Of a stretch of DNA of 64,000 bases, positions 61,521 through 64,000 are shown piece by piece. The notes under the pieces were generated by a model. The model did no database searches. It was not told where the DNA came from and worked only from the letters and a program-made list of their open reading frames with translations. The position numbers were made by a program, and so were the translations under genes. Each line of letters begins with the position of its first letter. Within the stretch, counting starts at the first letter, position 1. The DNA comes from Malacoraja senta. Lineage: Eukaryota. The DNA lies in contig CM076001.1 in NCBI GenBank assembly GCA_038087875.1, positions 1,180,001 to 1,244,000 on the forward strand. Direction: 5' to 3'.

Positions 61521-64000
61521 GTATTAATGTGTAGTGAAACATATTTGATGGCTGTCCCTGAGGATTAAACAACATTTCTACTTCACCAATGCGAAAGAAG
61601 CATCCTTGAAAACAAATAGTTTAATCTATAGTTAACACTTTCACCTTGGACTTTACATATTCTAGAATCCTTCTTTGGGGAACAAAAAGCTTCACACAAA
61701 CTGAGATCTAGCAATACAAGACAGGGCATGGGTGCCAGTGGAGACGAGAATATATATTTTTTAAATGTCAGGGTGTACAAAATCAAAATTAAACCTGTGT
61801 TTACAGACAACTCTTTGGGTCTAAAACTGATCTTGGTTGGGAAGCCAAATTGGAAGATCACAAGCATGCTTTAAGTTGCAGATGGGGGACAGAGGTTTGG
61901 CGAGAGAACATGGAATGAGGTCCAGTTCAAAGCTTTTTAGGTAATTTATTTTAAAAGCTTTAAAAATACATTGGAGACAAAAGAGAAGAAAAGGATATAT
62001 ATTGAAACTGAAAGTTGTAACTACATTTGCGGACTGAATGAAAAGGATGATCACTTGAGAATGCTAGACAGTTCATATGAGAGATGAGGTGCTGTTCTTA
62101 AAGTTTACGTTGGTGCAAGCCATGAAATATCCAATCAAATTTCTGGAGTTACCTGAAGTAAATTTTATTGCATTTTTGTTCTATTCAAAGTATACTTTCA
62201 AACAAGTAGCACTGATTGAAACAAACAGTGCTAGTTCTTAGCGTTTCTGAACTAAATATATGGTGTATAGAATGATAGGGTTCATTGGACATTTGGGGTT
62301 TAGAAGCACATTGGCTAAGTCCATAGAAAGAAGGCAAATATGGGACATGTTATGAAATGAGAACACCATTGTCCAAGGACTGCAGCAATGGTCACTTTCT
62401 TGAAAGAATTGACAAATTTCCCTGGCGGCACCCCAATTGCACAGGCAATGCTTTTACTTGATATATGTTTGACGCTGAGGTTGTTCAAGCCTGGTCAAAT
62501 TTCTGGTATGACATGAAAGGCCCCAGAAATAGTGTTACCACTTCCTGTTCCTTCTAAAGTGAATTTTCAATTATGCAGCAGTGCAATAAGCAGTGCCACA
62601 TGATCACATTTTTAGACCATTATTTCTTAATTTCTTGTACAAAAAATAGCTAAAAATGAAATTTAACAGTGAACCTAACAACAGGGCTAATAGGTTGAAC
62701 AATCAAATCGCTGTAATAAATAGACATGCATGCAGACACTGTCCAGCAAGGAAAATCACACCCATTGTACTAAATCACACTTCAGAAGGACGTCCATAAT
62801 TCTCCCTGCATTGCTTTTTTATTCCTTGTCCTTAGGGTCTGAATAAATGAGATTGAAACGAGTATGAAGTTTCATGCTTTTGTCCTAGTGAACGAGAATT
62901 GGACCGTCAAACCTGTTTCACTCAAGAGCCATTACTGCTTGGAGGAGACATTCTTTCCTTAGGAACATTTGAAATCATTCAAAAGGTGAAAAGACATCTA
63001 ACACCCACCCTCTTGAGATACACTTTTAATTCAAAAGGTATTATGAACTGACTTCAGCTTCCTTTTACAGGCTTCTTTTACAGCAAAGAAATAATTTGTA
63101 ATCTAAGTACTTTGTCACTATTAATACATTGATATACTTAGTAGATCCTTTATTAAAAAGAACAACTTTTCAAAAGGAACAACAATTTAGATATGTTTTA
63201 AATAACTTTTTTTTATAATGACAATATTAACTTGCTTTTAAAGAGCATCTTTAAAGTAATAAGCACTCAAAAAAATTGACCTTGCAATTATTTTATTTCC
63301 TTTTTTTGTATTTTATTGTTAATACTTTTTAGTGATGTGATGCTACTCATGAAAAAACAAATAATTTTATATCCTTTCAATATATACGCATCAGTTCTTT
63401 TTGTTAAATTTACAATCTTACAAATGTATAGAATATCATATGGCAATGTACTGAAGATCTGAGAGCTTTCAGACAACGTCCAACAAAACTCCAAATTACA
63501 AACAGCACTGATTGCACTAGGACTTTGAGTTCCGTTTTTCTTTTTGCACTATATTTTAGTTACCGAAGCACATTGTGTATTTTATTTTGTAAACAGGTAA
63601 CCGCAGTTCCTTCTTTCTACATGATCGTACATTGATAGGAAAAGATGAGCCAGGATAGCTGTAGTAATCCTATAGTTACTGAAATGTGTGTATAATCACC
63701 ATAGCAATAATCTGCACAATGAAAAACCTTTCAGATTTTACAACAAAGGATATGTTTCACGTGCATCAGAAAAATATAAGACCTCATGCCATGTTCTCTT
63801 TATTTCCTGTTCTGCCATTCGTTTTTGAATAGTTACCTGTTAATTTAATTTAAGAAATAAAATTGACCTGCCTTTAAAAGCTGCAAAATTATTTTATAAC
63901 AGAAAAGGTCCTTGCCTAAAGGATTGCCTGTGGTAAATTATTGGATAAATAATGATGTTATTGTTTTTGATTTTTAAATAACCTATCAAACTAGCATATG

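Overview
Eukaryotic (vertebrate) genomic DNA, very probably a cartilaginous fish such as a skate or ray. This is inferred from a V-SINE/HE1-like SINE and the CR1/Penelope repeat complement. The only host gene I can support is the last three coding exons of a + strand gene (118-346, 9093-9313, 12114-12296; ~210 aa C-terminus, not recognised). Most of the rest is layered transposable elements. These include a structurally complete but frameshifted DIRS1-type tyrosine-recombinase retrotransposon (13555-18244) and head-to-tail arrays of Helitron-like non-autonomous elements. One array (23.3-41.0 kb) hosts an L1 (15-bp TSD) carrying two near-identical CR1 copies, and hosts a third CR1. Also present are a near-full-length L2, Penelope (GIY-YIG) fragments, many short palindromic Penelope-pLTR derivatives with a hammerhead-ribozyme-like core, a 1.1-kb foldback element, several MITEs, an internally deleted intron-containing Academ-like transposon, a Tc1 (DD34E) interrupted by L2, and a 200-N assembly gap. 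The most notable observations are the TSD-flanked palindromic hammerhead-like mini-elements and an apparently recombinant (mosaic) CR1 family. All family names come from motif recognition by eye; no database search was run.
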